Below, piece by piece: positions 63,101 to 64,000 of a DNA stretch of 64,000 nt; within the stretch, counting starts at the first letter, position 1; every line of letters begins with the position of its first letter. The notes below the pieces were generated by a model that was not told where the DNA came from, ran no database searches, and was given only the letters and a program-made list of their open reading frames with translations. This DNA comes from the human T2T-CHM13v2.0 reference genome, Homo sapiens, in the NCBI RefSeq assembly GCF_009914755.1, contig NC_060926.1; one strand, written 5' to 3'. The position numbers and the translations under genes are program-made.

Positions 63101-63808
63101 AAGTAAGTATATAGGTAATAAGCTGTTATGTTTTTGTTTTTGAGTTTACAACCCCTAAGGACTGCCTTCCAGTTTGGTTCACTTAGCATATGTCCAGTTC
63201 CAAAATAAAAATTTTATCCTATAAAGAATATTTTTATCTATGGTTCTTCCATGGCGACAACTCACAAGGAATTTTAGAAGTTGCTTACTCCATTATCTAA
63301 TCAAATAATTACAGAAAGTATTAAATATATGTACAAACGCTTTTCAGAAAAAAAATAAGGCAAATAAATGAAGGTTGAATAATTCTGGAAACTTAAAGTA
63401 AAAACAGATACAAAATATTAAAATAAGAATAACAGTTATGAATCCTCTAGAATTATTTTTAAGAGAGTTACTAGTTTATGGAAGTTTTTTAGGGACAAAA
63501 ATCTTCCAAGAAACTATGGAAATATTCAATGTATATTGACTAATAAAAAGTGACCCAAAAGATTCATTCACGAACCTTTTACTTATCCCAGTAGAATGGT
63601 TAGTAGTGAACCAGACAGTAGTGAAGGTCTAGAGAGAAGGATCAGCATGTGATCAGCAGGAGAGAGTCTAGTAGAAACGTTCGGTTTGAGAGGAATTATT
63701 TAAGTGTCTATATTTGGAATTCAGAGAAAATATGTGGAAATTTTTACATATTCATCCTAGATAATTAAGTTATATCCTCAATTTGTTCACTGATATAAAT
63801 GTATTATC

Positions 63809-64000
63809 AAACTAACGCAAGAACAGAAAACCAAACACCGCATGTTCTCACTCCTAAGCGGGAGTTAAACAATGAGAACACATGGACACAGAGAGGGGAA
63901 CATCACACACTGGGGCCTGTCGGCGGGTGCGGGGCTAGGGGAGGGATAGCATTAGGAGAAATACCTAATGTAGATGACGGGTTGATGGGTGCAGCAAACC
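63809..64000 (+). mobile_element. 5'-truncated L1PA (L1PA5-7-like) 3' UTR running off the window
   Basis: AACCAAACACCGCATGTTCTCACTC...GGGAGGGATAGCATTAGGAGAAATACCTAATGTAGATGACGGGTTGATGGGTGCAGCAAACC. Confidence 0.95.

Overview
AT-rich primate (human-like) genomic DNA, intronic or intergenic. I cannot support any intact host protein-coding gene or name a host gene. The ORF track is made up of Alu, L1 and Tigger translations plus chance ORFs. Roughly half of the window is interspersed repeat. It includes about 12 Alus (J, S and Y types, many with readable target-site duplications) and a ~13.8 kb minus-strand L1 block in which an apparently full-length L1MA1-3-like element sits inside the 3' UTR of an older L1MA8-10-like element. 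It also includes a full-length Tigger1 carrying two inverted Alus, Tigger2a, MER1B, MER58A, MER5, MLT1, MLT2 and ERV1 solo LTRs, MIR and L2 fossils, and L1PA 3' fragments. The best non-obvious signals are four. (1) An ancient CR1-type reverse-transcriptase fossil at ~18.49-18.81 kb whose reading frame is still legible. (2) A repeat-free, CpG-retaining segment at ~56.2-56.8 kb with a GC box and G4 motif that looks like a minus-strand promoter or 5' exon. (3) Several candidate non-coding exons or microexons on both strands. (4) Template-switch-like inverted duplications and perfect hairpins. I found no convincing evidence of a novel multi-gene system. Repeat subfamily calls come from recalled consensus motifs, not a database search.
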